Virus record (IMG/VR): IMGVR_UViG_3300020331_000002
Length of the DNA: 64,000 bases
Source: a virus
Taxonomy: Duplodnaviria > Caudoviricetes
Reading direction: 5' to 3' (one strand)
Shown here in pieces: positions 36,245-44,040 of the stretch; the stretch's first letter is position 1, and each line of letters opens with the position of its first letter. Below the pieces are notes generated by a model. The model searched no databases. It was given only the letters and a program-made list of their open reading frames with translations, and was not told where the DNA came from. A program made the position numbers and the translations under genes.

Positions 36245-37345
36245 TTATCGTTTACGTAGAGTAATCTCAACGCCTTTAATTGCATTGAGTTCATCTACGA
36301 TTTGTTGAGGATCTACCTCTATGTCGGTACGACGTCTAGGCACATACTCAATGTCTCTACCTATTAATTGAATACGTTTAGGCAAAACACGCAATATAAA
36401 CGGACCACCAACCTGTAGATTTCTATTAGTTAGGTCATAGTAATAACCGAGCATTTTGAGCGCTTTCGCCACTTCGTCCGATACTACTTGTTTTTTCACC
36501 TGTTTTGATGGCTTGTCCGAAACGACATACTCTTCTGCAGGTGTATCGTCGTCATACTCAAGTGCTAACTCAACCACAGCCTTTACGTGTTTCTTTGCAA
36601 TAAACAAAACGCCGTCGTCCATGTCATGCTCTTCGTCATCTAATTCAAGATCCGAAACAAGACCAGCGATTTCACTTGCTGACCACCCGGGCATGGTTAA
36701 TTGTACCATATTACGCTTGGACTCTCTGACTGACTTTTTCGGACCGTTGCTTTGGCTAGCATAATACTTACTGAACTCTTCGTCAGCATATTCAGCCATT
36801 TCTTCAATGAAATCCCAGCGAGGGCCATCTTCAGCATATGCCAAATCCGGAACTATTTTTGTCAGCACTTCGTTTTCAACTGCCGACCCATCATCATCTA
36901 GAATTGCGCGGGTCAAGTCATGTAAGCGATCTCTGTCGTCGCCAAATAACTCGTTGCCAGCGTCATGTGCCATGCCATCTAATTTAGACATCAAACGGCC
37001 GAAAACATGTCTTCTTGCTTTAGCATGAATGTTCTGCGATTCTTGAGATTGTTCTGCTATTTGTATATCAAACGATACGCTACCGTAGCCGAGCTTGGCA
37101 ATTGCCCTTTCAACGGCGTCTTCGTTAGTTCCAGAGAACGTTACAAAAGCAACTAAATCACGGCCTCTTATTTCAGCCTCGTGTACTTGACCGTATTCAT
37201 CAAGGATATCTTCAATAGCATAACCGTCGCTACTATCAACACCTGATACGACCACACGGTAGCGGCCTTCTAAGCGATACTCTTCGGCGCTTTCGTTAAC
37301 ACCTTCAACTAAATTCATTAATTCGCGCATTTTTTCAGACATCAT
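36245..37345 (-). CDS. candidate internal head protein (MSEKMRELMNLVEG), multi-domain
   Basis: Family N-terminus, internal VNE/VRE sites, TAAATA at 37374-37379. Confidence 0.7.
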   Translation of the reverse strand: MMSEKMRELMNLVEGVNESAEEYRLEGRYRVVVSGVDSSDGYAIEDILDEYGQVHEAEIRGRDLVAFVTFSGTNEDAVERAIAKLGYGSVSFDIQIAEQSQESQNIHAKARRHVFGRLMSKLDGMAHDAGNELFGDDRDRLHDLTRAILDDDGSAVENEVLTKIVPDLAYAEDGPRWDFIEEMAEYADEEFSKYYASQSNGPKKSVRESKRNMVQLTMPGWSASEIAGLVSDLELDDEEHDMDDGVLFIAKKHVKAVVELALEYDDDTPAEEYVVSDKPSKQVKKQVVSDEVAKALKMLGYYYDLTNRNLQVGGPFILRVLPKRIQLIGRDIEYVPRRRTDIEVDPQQIVDELNAIKGVEITLRKR

Positions 37346-37389
37346 TGTCTCCCATAAACTATGTCATATAGCTTATTTACGCAGGTAAT

Positions 37390-37489
37390 TGGTGGACCCC
37401 CGCGGACTTGCACCACACGCCTCAATACTACCCCCACTTTATTTCTTTTAAGACACCGGATTTACAGTCCGGGGTGGGGAAAGGGATCC
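37390..37489 (-). ncRNA. rearranged tRNA-Tyr(GUA)-like RNA lacking a 5' D arm
   Basis: GGAUCCC/GGGGUCC-A-CCA; CCCCAC/GUGGGG helix enclosing CCGGA-CUGUAAA-UCCGG; degenerate T loop UGCAAGU. Confidence 0.7.
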
Positions 37490-37551
37490 TTAATCTGTTA
37501 CAAAAAACTGTTTTGGGAGGGGTCGCTACCAACCCCTCAATAAAACAATTC

Positions 37552-38043
37552 TTAAAAGTGCGGGTTTCTGTCATTGTGAACACCGCGTGCAAGCGTCCAA
37601 GTGCCTGCGCGTTTATAAGTAGCAGTGTTGCCTTGACGCCAAAACACTCCGCCGTCGCTTGTTGTAACTTTCTTCATAGTTTTAGAAATCTTTTCAATTG
37701 TACCGCACGGATACCAGTCACCGTTGAAACCGTAACTTACTACGTCACCAATCTTTGGCATGCGCTCTACTGCATAATCATCGTGACGCTCTACAGCAAT
37801 ATAGGTATCACCGGTTTCTTCACTTAACTGCTCAGCGATTCGTTGCGCAATAAAGCTAGAGCCGCAATAATTAAGGGTAACAAACTGGGTCATTATTTCT
37901 TTGTAAAAGTCCGGCGCTTTTTCTTCATCGCCGCCTGCCATCTTTAGTGCAGTTTCACGGACTTCTTCTGCCCATGCTTCAGTGTAGTCTTCGTTACGAT
38001 CAATAATGTTACCAGTTTCTAAATCTACTCTATAATGTATCAT
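37552..38043 (-). CDS. conserved phage hypothetical protein (early)
   Basis: 163 aa after early promoter. Confidence 0.75.
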   Translation of the reverse strand: MIHYRVDLETGNIIDRNEDYTEAWAEEVRETALKMAGGDEEKAPDFYKEIMTQFVTLNYCGSSFIAQRIAEQLSEETGDTYIAVERHDDYAVERMPKIGDVVSYGFNGDWYPCGTIEKISKTMKKVTTSDGGVFWRQGNTATYKRAGTWTLARGVHNDRNPHF

Positions 38044-38083
38044 AATTTGCTACCTTGTGTTTGTTTAATCAACCTACACAGAC

Positions 38084-38131
38084 ATAATAGCAAAATGACA
38101 TTCAAGTACAAGACTTGTTTGAAAATAATTT
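38084..38131 (-). promoter_or_regulatory. phage early promoter (conserved class)
   Basis: AAATTATTTTCAAACAAGTC-TTGTAC-TTGAATGTCATTTTGC-TATTAT. Confidence 0.75.
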
Positions 38132-38144
38132 AAAATATATTTTG

Positions 38145-38228
38145 CACAGCGGACGGGTCTCGAACCCGCAATGCGATATTCGCGCTGCCTTGAAAGGGCA
38201 GTGACTTTACCAGTTTGTCCACCGCTGT
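38145..38228 (-). tRNA. tRNA-Glu(UUC) with long variable arm, CCA not encoded
   Basis: CUGCC-CUUUCAA-GGCAG; variable GCGA-AUA-UCGC; ends G-CAA. Confidence 0.85.
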
Positions 38229-38300
38229 GGAAAATATACTTATTCTGGGCAAAAATAAAGCGACTTAATAGCCGCTTGATCATGGCATTAAGGGTTGTTA

Positions 38301-39011
38301 CTATGCGCGTCTGCGAACAGCTATTCCTAGTACCGCTAAAAGCGCAAGCGCTAATGATCCCGGTTCCGGAACCGCTGTTACGCCATCTAACTGCAAATCA
38401 TATGAACGCTGCATTAGCCCAGTATCAGGCGATGCAATATTACCGCGCACTTGGATGGCTCCTATATTTGTGAAGTCAGTATTACTAAATTCACTCGAAA
38501 GGAAAAACGCATCACGTCCTGGACGATCAACGCCCGGTATCGGTAACTCAACAGTTTCGGCGGTTCCGTTAGGACCTGACCAAAACGTTACGTCAAACCA
38601 AGCATCCAAATCTGATTCAATCATAGTTGTAATGAATTTTATCGGGCCGCCGATAGCAGTTAAGTCAAGTCCGCCTAAGCCGAAAGGATTAATTGCATTT
38701 GATCCGTCAACGCCGTCCCATTGAATGGTAAACATTGATTCATTACCTGCGCCTGAACTAAAGAAAAAGTTATCAGCCGCTACGTTTACAGAAGCGCCTT
38801 GGTTGTACACGTCAACAACGCTTGTTATTTCTAAATCTCGTTCTCCACCGATCATAGAACCCAATACCGAGCTAAACAAAGTTTCGCCTTGCATCACTGC
38901 TAATGGTCCTTGATCATCAGAGAAGTCGTCGATTGTTATCATACCTGCGTTGGCCGAGGTAGTTATACCCAGGGCCAATACAGCGCCTAACAATAGAGAT
39001 TTTATTTTCAT
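38301..39011 (-). CDS. PEP-CTERM sorting-domain protein
   Basis: Signal peptide (ANA/G), C-terminal VPEPGSLALALLAVLGIAVRRRA. Confidence 0.92.
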   Translation of the reverse strand: MKIKSLLLGAVLALGITTSANAGMITIDDFSDDQGPLAVMQGETLFSSVLGSMIGGERDLEITSVVDVYNQGASVNVAADNFFFSSGAGNESMFTIQWDGVDGSNAINPFGLGGLDLTAIGGPIKFITTMIESDLDAWFDVTFWSGPNGTAETVELPIPGVDRPGRDAFFLSSEFSNTDFTNIGAIQVRGNIASPDTGLMQRSYDLQLDGVTAVPEPGSLALALLAVLGIAVRRRA

Positions 39012-39219
39012 ATAAATGATCCTTTTGAAGTTATCCAGTTGCTCTTAGCAACATATACACTATACACTACTTTATTACAAGGTCAAGAAGTTTCTTTAAC
39101 TCGCAAAACAGTATTTAATAGTCATGTATGAATAACACGCGATTTTGACCTCTTATTCACAAAAAGCCAAAATCGCGTGTTATGCGATGACCATAATGAT
39201 CACCGCGCTACACTACCAA

Positions 39220-39498
39220 TTATTTTTGCAAATCGTAATATTCGTACTCATAACGGCCACCTTCGATCTCGCCCCACTGCTCCCAGCCGTTCTTTGAAAC
39301 ATGCATTGTGTTTGTTGCGTGCTCAGGAGTAATGATAAAACGTACATCAAAACCAGCAGCGTGTGCCTCAGCTTTTACACTTTCAAAGTCTTCAGCGCTG
39401 TGTGCAGCGCCGTGCCATACGTTTTCAGTTGCGCCAACCATCTCTTCTGCGATGTTCCAGTTCGCTACTACAAACATTGTTTCTTTACGTGCATTCAT
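39220..39498 (-). CDS. hypothetical protein (early)
   Basis: 92 aa after early promoter. Confidence 0.7.
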   Translation of the reverse strand: MNARKETMFVVANWNIAEEMVGATENVWHGAAHSAEDFESVKAEAHAAGFDVRFIITPEHATNTMHVSKNGWEQWGEIEGGRYEYEYYDLQK

Positions 39499-39544
39499 AA
39501 TTTATTACCTTGTTTTGTTTGTCTGCATCATTGCCTACATATCT

Positions 39545-39592
39545 ATAATAGCAAAATGACATCCAAACACAAGGCCTTTTTGAAAATAATTT
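39545..39592 (-). promoter_or_regulatory. phage early promoter (conserved class)
   Basis: AAATTATTTTCAAAAAGGCC-TTGTGT-TTGGATGTCATTTTGC-TATTAT. Confidence 0.75.
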
Positions 39593-39643
39593 CAAAAAAA
39601 TTTATATGTATAATATCTCGAAAAATCCTATACATATAAAGTT

Positions 39644-39728
39644 TGGTGGGTTGGGTGGGATTCGAACCCACGAAGCTTTACGCGCTAGATTAAAAGTCTA
39701 GTATCTTTAACCACTCGATCACCAACCC
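39644..39728 (-). tRNA. tRNA-Lys(UUU) with long variable arm
   Basis: CUAGA-CUUUUAA-UCUAG; 13-nt variable region; CCA. Confidence 0.88.
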
Positions 39729-39796
39729 ATATCGTTTTCGTACTTTCGTCTTTCGTTTCATTTTCTTTCTCCTGTTATTAATGCAAGTGTAGCATG

Positions 39797-39870
39797 CAGG
39801 GACGACGGGACTTGAACCCGCGCTCTCCGCAGTGACAGTGCGATATTTTGACCAACTAAACTACGCCCCT
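39797..39870 (-). tRNA. tRNA-Asp(GUC), CCA not encoded
   Basis: UCGCA-CUGUCAC-UGCGG; flanks extend acceptor stem by 12 bp. Confidence 0.88.
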
Positions 39871-39893
39871 GCATGCTACACTCATATCGTATT

Positions 39894-39985
39894 TGGCGGA
39901 CGGTGCTGGATTTGAACCAGCGCGGGGGATATTCTCCACCTCCGGGTTAACAGCCCGGCGCAATCGGCCACTATGCGAACCGCCC
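39894..39985 (-). tRNA. tRNA-Asn(GUU) with long variable arm
   Basis: CCGGG-CUGUUAA-CCCGG; about 20-nt variable hairpin; CCA. Confidence 0.88.
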
Positions 39986-40001
39986 ATAAACTTTTAAAGT
40001 T

Positions 40002-40077
40002 TGGTGGAGTATACCAGACTCGAACTGGTCAGGCTATCATCTTGCAAGGATGATCCGGGTGCCCATGCCCATACCCC
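40002..40077 (-). tRNA. tRNA-Ala(UGC)
   Basis: G3-U70, A73, UCAUC-CUUGCAA-GAUGA. Confidence 0.88.
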
Positions 40078-40085
40078 GTTAAACT

Positions 40086-40160
40086 TGGTGCCGAGTGGTG
40101 GTACCGCCCCACCCTCTAAGGATTTTCAATCCATCGCTAATCTGTCTCAGCTAACTCGGC
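40086..40160 (-). tRNA. tRNA-Phe(GAA), non-canonical T loop
   Basis: GCCGAGU/ACUCGGC-A-CCA; T loop GGCGGUA. Confidence 0.85.
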
Positions 40161-40165
40161 TAAAA

Positions 40166-40239
40166 TGGTGCCGGCGGAGAGAATCGAACTCCCGTAGACG
40201 CATTACAAGTGCGCTGCATGGCCACTGTGCTACGCCGGC
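40166..40239 (-). tRNA. tRNA-Thr(UGU)
   Basis: GCCGGCG/CGCCGGC-A-CCA, CUUGUAA loop. Confidence 0.92.
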
Positions 40240-40265
40240 TGAATATCTGTCTAAATACATTCGGG

Positions 40266-40339
40266 GGTAATAGACGAGCAACGATCTCGCATCTTCCAGG
40301 GTCACATCCTGGGGCTCTGCCAATTGAGCTACTATCACC
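40266..40339 (-). tRNA. tRNA-His(GUG), CCA not encoded
   Basis: G-1:C73, CCAGG-AUGUGAC-CCUGG; T loop AUCGUUG. Confidence 0.85.
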
Positions 40340-40453
40340 CCAGAATGTACTTGCGTACACACTGGGTTCTGTTTTAACGCTAGAACCAGCGTTTAGACCA
40401 GATATAAGTTTATATCCAAATTGTTAAAGAACGTTTCGACTCCTACGGAGTCC

Positions 40454-40495
40454 AGGCATAAAAAAAGCAGCCTGTTGGCTGCCTTTATGCTTTTC
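40454..40495. terminator. terminator hairpin
   Basis: A7-GCAGCC-TGTT-GGCTGC-CTTT. Confidence 0.7.
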
Positions 40496-40509
40496 AATTT
40501 CGTACGAGG

Positions 40510-40767
40510 TTAGATAATCTCTTTCTCGTCTAATTGCATAAAGGCAGTGTTAAAATCTTGATACTCTGGTTTATGGTTCGTTTGATTATTATCATCCGAC
40601 GCAATTCCAGATTCACGGATACTTCTTGTCGCGTTTACCGGAGCATACGATTTTTCGTTGCTTGGCATGATAAACGTTTCTTCACTACGCGGAATTTCAG
40701 CTACAACTACGCGTGGTGGCGTAATGTCGCTTAATTCTTTTGTTGCTGTAGTAATAAATGTTGCCAT
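40510..40767 (-). CDS. hypothetical protein (late)
   Basis: 85 aa, GAGG RBS, TAAATA at 40818-40823. Confidence 0.65.
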   Translation of the reverse strand: MATFITTATKELSDITPPRVVVAEIPRSEETFIMPSNEKSYAPVNATRSIRESGIASDDNNQTNHKPEYQDFNTAFMQLDEKEII

Positions 40768-40863
40768 TGTATCCTCGATTAATATTCAATAGGAACCGTA
40801 GTTCCTTGCTATAGTTTTATTTAGCACCGCAAAACCATTTTTTACGGCAGCTAGTAATAAAAC

Positions 40864-40918
40864 AGGCTAGTTTTTTTAAAACGCCAATGTTTTTTAAAAA
40901 AATTGCTGTTCCTAGCCT
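40864..40918 (-). ncRNA. AACAGCAA module copy A
   Basis: AGGCUAG-GAACAGCAA-[U7A4...U4A7 hairpin]-CUAGCCU. Confidence 0.75.
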
Positions 40919-40947
40919 AAGTCGTTTGTTCTAAAAACATGGTGTCT

Positions 40948-40975
40948 ATTATACATGCTTTTAAAACGTTGTCAA
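40948..40975 (-). promoter_or_regulatory. sigma70-like promoter driving module A
   Basis: TTGACA-N16-TATAAT. Confidence 0.8.
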
Positions 40976-41009
40976 GAACTTTTTTCAACTTTCTTGACTT
41001 TAATAAGTC

Positions 41010-41074
41010 GGGTTGCTTTTACTAGGTTCGAAGGATGAGTTCGAATTTTCGTAAAGTTTTGCTGTTAGCAACCC
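41010..41074 (-). ncRNA. AACAGCAA module copy B
   Basis: GGGUUGC-UAACAGCAA-[UUCGAA...UUCGAA hairpin region]-GCAACCC-GACUUA. Confidence 0.75.
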
Positions 41075-41304
41075 ATAATAGATATACACCGTGATGCACA
41101 TGTATTATGAGTAAAAATAGCAGCGAACTATCCAAAGGGTTGGGAGTTCTCCAGATAGTCGCTACCCAAGAGAGTGGATGAACACTCTAGACAAACAAAA
41201 TAAGTCGGGCTACATTATCTAAAGTCAAATTAAAAGTTTGATGATCGATAATATTGCTGTTAGTAGCCCATAATAGATATACACCGTGATGCACATGTAT
41301 TATG
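41072..41304. repeat. 38-nt perfect direct repeat (41072-41109 and 41267-41304), itself a hairpin
   Basis: cccataatagatatacaccgtgatgcacatgtattatg twice. Confidence 0.95.
41207..41269 (-). ncRNA. AACAGCAA module copy C
   Basis: GGGCUAC-UAACAGCAAU-[AUUAUC...GAUAAU]-GUAGCCC-GACUUA. Confidence 0.78.
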
Positions 41305-41449
41305 GGTTCTAACATTACACCCGGTTTTGGGTCCTAAATTGCCGTACTCCCGGGGTAACATTAAAAATTAACGCCGTATCCAAATATATGCGTTCAGGTC
41401 AAATCGGATAAAAATCACCTACTAACACATAAGAAGAACTTTGTTAAAC

Positions 41450-41513
41450 TGGATGCATTAAGTACTGGTTTGATTAGAAGTCAAAAGTAATTAAATGTTG
41501 CTGTTAGCATCCA
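41450..41513 (-). ncRNA. AACAGCAA module copy D
   Basis: UGGAUGC-UAACAGCAAC-[AUUUAAUUACU...AGUACUUAAU]-GCAUCCA. Confidence 0.78.
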
Positions 41514-41562
41514 AAACTTTTTAGCTTTACGGAAACTTTGTTTCCCTAACGCTGTCTTATCT

Positions 41563-41590
41563 ATTATACTTCATTTGATCGCTGTGTCTA
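41563..41590 (-). promoter_or_regulatory. sigma70-like promoter upstream of module D
   Basis: TAGACA-N16-TATAAT preceded by A/T tract. Confidence 0.65.
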
Positions 41591-41640
41591 GAACTTTTTT
41601 TAATTTTTTCAAATTAATTTTCTAACCAACAATCTTTTTA

Positions 41641-41673
41641 AGTGCTAGGGGCCGAAGCCCCTATACAAGCACT
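41641..41673 (-). terminator. UUCG hairpin (AGGGGC-UUCG-GCCCCU) within longer stem
   Basis: Inverted repeat agtgct...agcact. Confidence 0.6.
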
Positions 41674-41925
41674 GTGAGATCAGATGATATTATACTAGCG
41701 TAGTTCACAGGATTGTCTTCACCGGAAGGTCCCACGAAAAACATTTTCAATACCCGGGCAAGGTAAAAGCAGCAACCAAATTATACAAAGGTATATAGCT
41801 AACTCCCGCGGATCCTCTCACTGCTGGTGTTACTTCGCCACCAAACGATAACTAGACTAATATAGTTACCGACCCAGCTAGGCGTCTATGATGCAGGCTG
41901 TACTCTCGACAGCCGTCACTAAAAT

Positions 41926-42258
41926 CTAGCTAGGTTCAACTACGTCTGGTCGCACGTAAATGTCAATCGGCGATGCGTCACCGTACATACACCACTCACC
42001 ACCAAACAAATAAATTCCGGTTAAGTCGTTTCCGACTGGCTTGCCATCAATACTTAATGGCTTTACTTTTACAGTTAAATGCTTTGCTTCAAGACTGGTT
42101 ATGTTTTCACAACCATGTGCCTTAGCAACTTCCGATACAGACGAGTAACTCTCGCCTTTACACACAATCGAATCAACGAACCATAGTGCGTGATCTGTTT
42201 CGCCTTTAAATGCTACTAAGATCGTATCGTTCTTAACAATCTTTTGCTGTATAGTCAT
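41926..42258 (-). CDS. hypothetical protein
   Basis: 110 aa. Confidence 0.7.
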   Translation of the reverse strand: MTIQQKIVKNDTILVAFKGETDHALWFVDSIVCKGESYSSVSEVAKAHGCENITSLEAKHLTVKVKPLSIDGKPVGNDLTGIYLFGGEWCMYGDASPIDIYVRPDVVEPS

Positions 42259-42338
42259 TATTGCGCCTTGTTTGTTTTGTGTTTACGTAATCTATACTAG
42301 CACCAATTTAGTAGTTGTCTACAAGTTTTTTCAACTTT

Positions 42339-42824
42339 TTACCAACCATGTGCACCGTACGAGAACCGGCCTCGCAAGAACTGTACCATCAAGCGCGGAG
42401 CAGGTATACGAGAATCAACGGGGACGAGTCTCATTGTCTCTGATTTCGGTGTGTCCCGAAAATCCTGATATTGATTTTGTCCATCAAAGTATATTGAACG
42501 CTCGGAGCCTTCTATTCGTAAATGGAAGCTATGCGGGCCTACAAACTGATAACTATCATCTGAAGTGCGATACTTTTTTGTGTCGCGGGCAAGAATTTTT
42601 ATACGATGTAAGCCCTCCATCACAGCACGAATTGACTGTATCAGACCCGCCGACGATACTTCCACGTTGCCCATTATTACTTGCTTAAGTAACTCTTCAT
42701 CATCAGTGCAATAGTAGTACCCTGAATTCGGTATAAGGCATTCAGAATTTACGATATGAATATTATCGTATGTTACTTTGACCTTTTTGAACAATAGCGC
42801 GTCGGATGGTATCGAAAGATCCAT
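42339..42824 (-). CDS. hypothetical protein (start uncertain)
   Basis: Open frame overlapping 3' end of cytidyltransferase gene. Confidence 0.5.
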   Translation of the reverse strand: MDLSIPSDALLFKKVKVTYDNIHIVNSECLIPNSGYYYCTDDEELLKQVIMGNVEVSSAGLIQSIRAVMEGLHRIKILARDTKKYRTSDDSYQFVGPHSFHLRIEGSERSIYFDGQNQYQDFRDTPKSETMRLVPVDSRIPAPRLMVQFLRGRFSYGAHGW

Positions 42825-43386
42825 TTTGTTCTCCGTATAGTTCTTCAAATACTTGGCGGGCTTGTGTTTCATCACCGCGTGATAGAAGCTCACGCAAGTC
42901 CGTAGAGTTGTATACATTACCAGTCGAGTTAACTACGTTGTCAATAACGATAACTTGACCTCGGGTGTCTGCGGCTTCCGTGCTATTATTAAACCGACGG
43001 TAGTATCCAAGCCCGCCGTCTTTCTTATGTGTTGTTCCGGCTTCGTCAAATTTGAAACGATCAACATCCTTTTCACCAACAGCGACAATATATCGTATCA
43101 TCTCAGGCTTGCGGCCTAGGCGTTCGATAACCAAGTCACTGCGCATTGGACTCGCCACTTCTATTACGTATTCAGAAGGGACTCCGCTGGCTACTATTAA
43201 TGATTTACGAGTTTCAAAATCAAGTGGGCTTCGCTCGTTTACGACATTACTCGTTGCAATATAACAGTGGCCGAATTGTTCGACTACTTTGTCGTATACT
43301 GCCTTGTGTCCGGGATGAAATGGCTGGAAACGACCGGGATAAACCGCGATCGTCTCAAGCTGTACTATGTCAGCAACCCGCATCAC
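42763..43386 (-). CDS. cytidyltransferase-like (HxGH) nucleotidyltransferase
   Basis: YPGRFQPFHPGH, AVGEKD, NSTDLR motifs. Confidence 0.88.
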   Translation of the reverse strand: MMRVADIVQLETIAVYPGRFQPFHPGHKAVYDKVVEQFGHCYIATSNVVNERSPLDFETRKSLIVASGVPSEYVIEVASPMRSDLVIERLGRKPEMIRYIVAVGEKDVDRFKFDEAGTTHKKDGGLGYYRRFNNSTEAADTRGQVIVIDNVVNSTGNVYNSTDLRELLSRGDETQARQVFEELYGEQNGSFDTIRRAIVQKGQSNIR

Positions 43387-43691
43387 GCAACCTTTGAAAG
43401 AGGCGTGGTAGTTGCTACCCGAAGAGTTCTATCGAACTGTTCAAGCGTAGGTAAGTTAGAATGGAATTTTATAGTCTTTTCTTCCGTGTCATAGTCGTAC
43501 GTGTTACCTTCAACGTCGGTAAACGAAACAGCATAAACGGTTCCGTCGGATCCGGTCACTTTAAAAGCTGGATCAGAAGACATTAATTTAGGATCACGTT
43601 TTTTCGCAGCCGAAAGATAGGTAGCTAGCGTTTCTTTAGTTGACTTCTGCGTCATATCCAGAACCATGACTTGCTTTGTGTTTGTACTCAT
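43383..43691 (-). CDS. hypothetical protein
   Basis: 102 aa in operon. Confidence 0.7.
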   Translation of the reverse strand: MSTNTKQVMVLDMTQKSTKETLATYLSAAKKRDPKLMSSDPAFKVTGSDGTVYAVSFTDVEGNTYDYDTEEKTIKFHSNLPTLEQFDRTLRVATTTPLSKVA

Positions 43692-44038
43692 AGTTGTTTT
43701 TCCTTATTTCTTGTATAAGCCGACACACCCAACACGGCGCCGAATGCCAAGTGAAATGTGCCAGCGCCGCCTAAAGTAATAGGCTCCCAGCGCTCACGTT
43801 GAGTTGGTACAGCCGTCAGCATCTTAGACTGCACAGCATCTGATTCTAACGTGCGTACTAACTCTACGTAAGCAGGCATATCGAAGTTTTTAGCATTCAC
43901 CTCAATATATGTTGGCATAATAATAAAGTCAAAAATACAAATAATCAAGTACACAAATGCCGCCGTAGGTCTCCAAGATCTTTGGTACCATTTCTCCTGC
44001 GGCGCTTTGGTCTTTAATTCACATTTTTCACAAGTCAT
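43688..44038 (-). CDS. 3TM holin-like protein
   Basis: WRPTAAFVYLIICIFDF...WEPITL..AGTFHLAFGAVLGVSAY.R..EK pattern. Confidence 0.75.
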   Translation of the reverse strand: MTCEKCELKTKAPQEKWYQRSWRPTAAFVYLIICIFDFIIMPTYIEVNAKNFDMPAYVELVRTLESDAVQSKMLTAVPTQRERWEPITLGGAGTFHLAFGAVLGVSAYTRNKEKQL

Positions 44039-44040
44039 AA

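Noticed and set aside
40864-41513. CRISPR array or mini-array
   Set aside because: Only one 38-nt repeat pair; units are irregular in length, conserved in structure rather than sequence, and no cas gene is in the window
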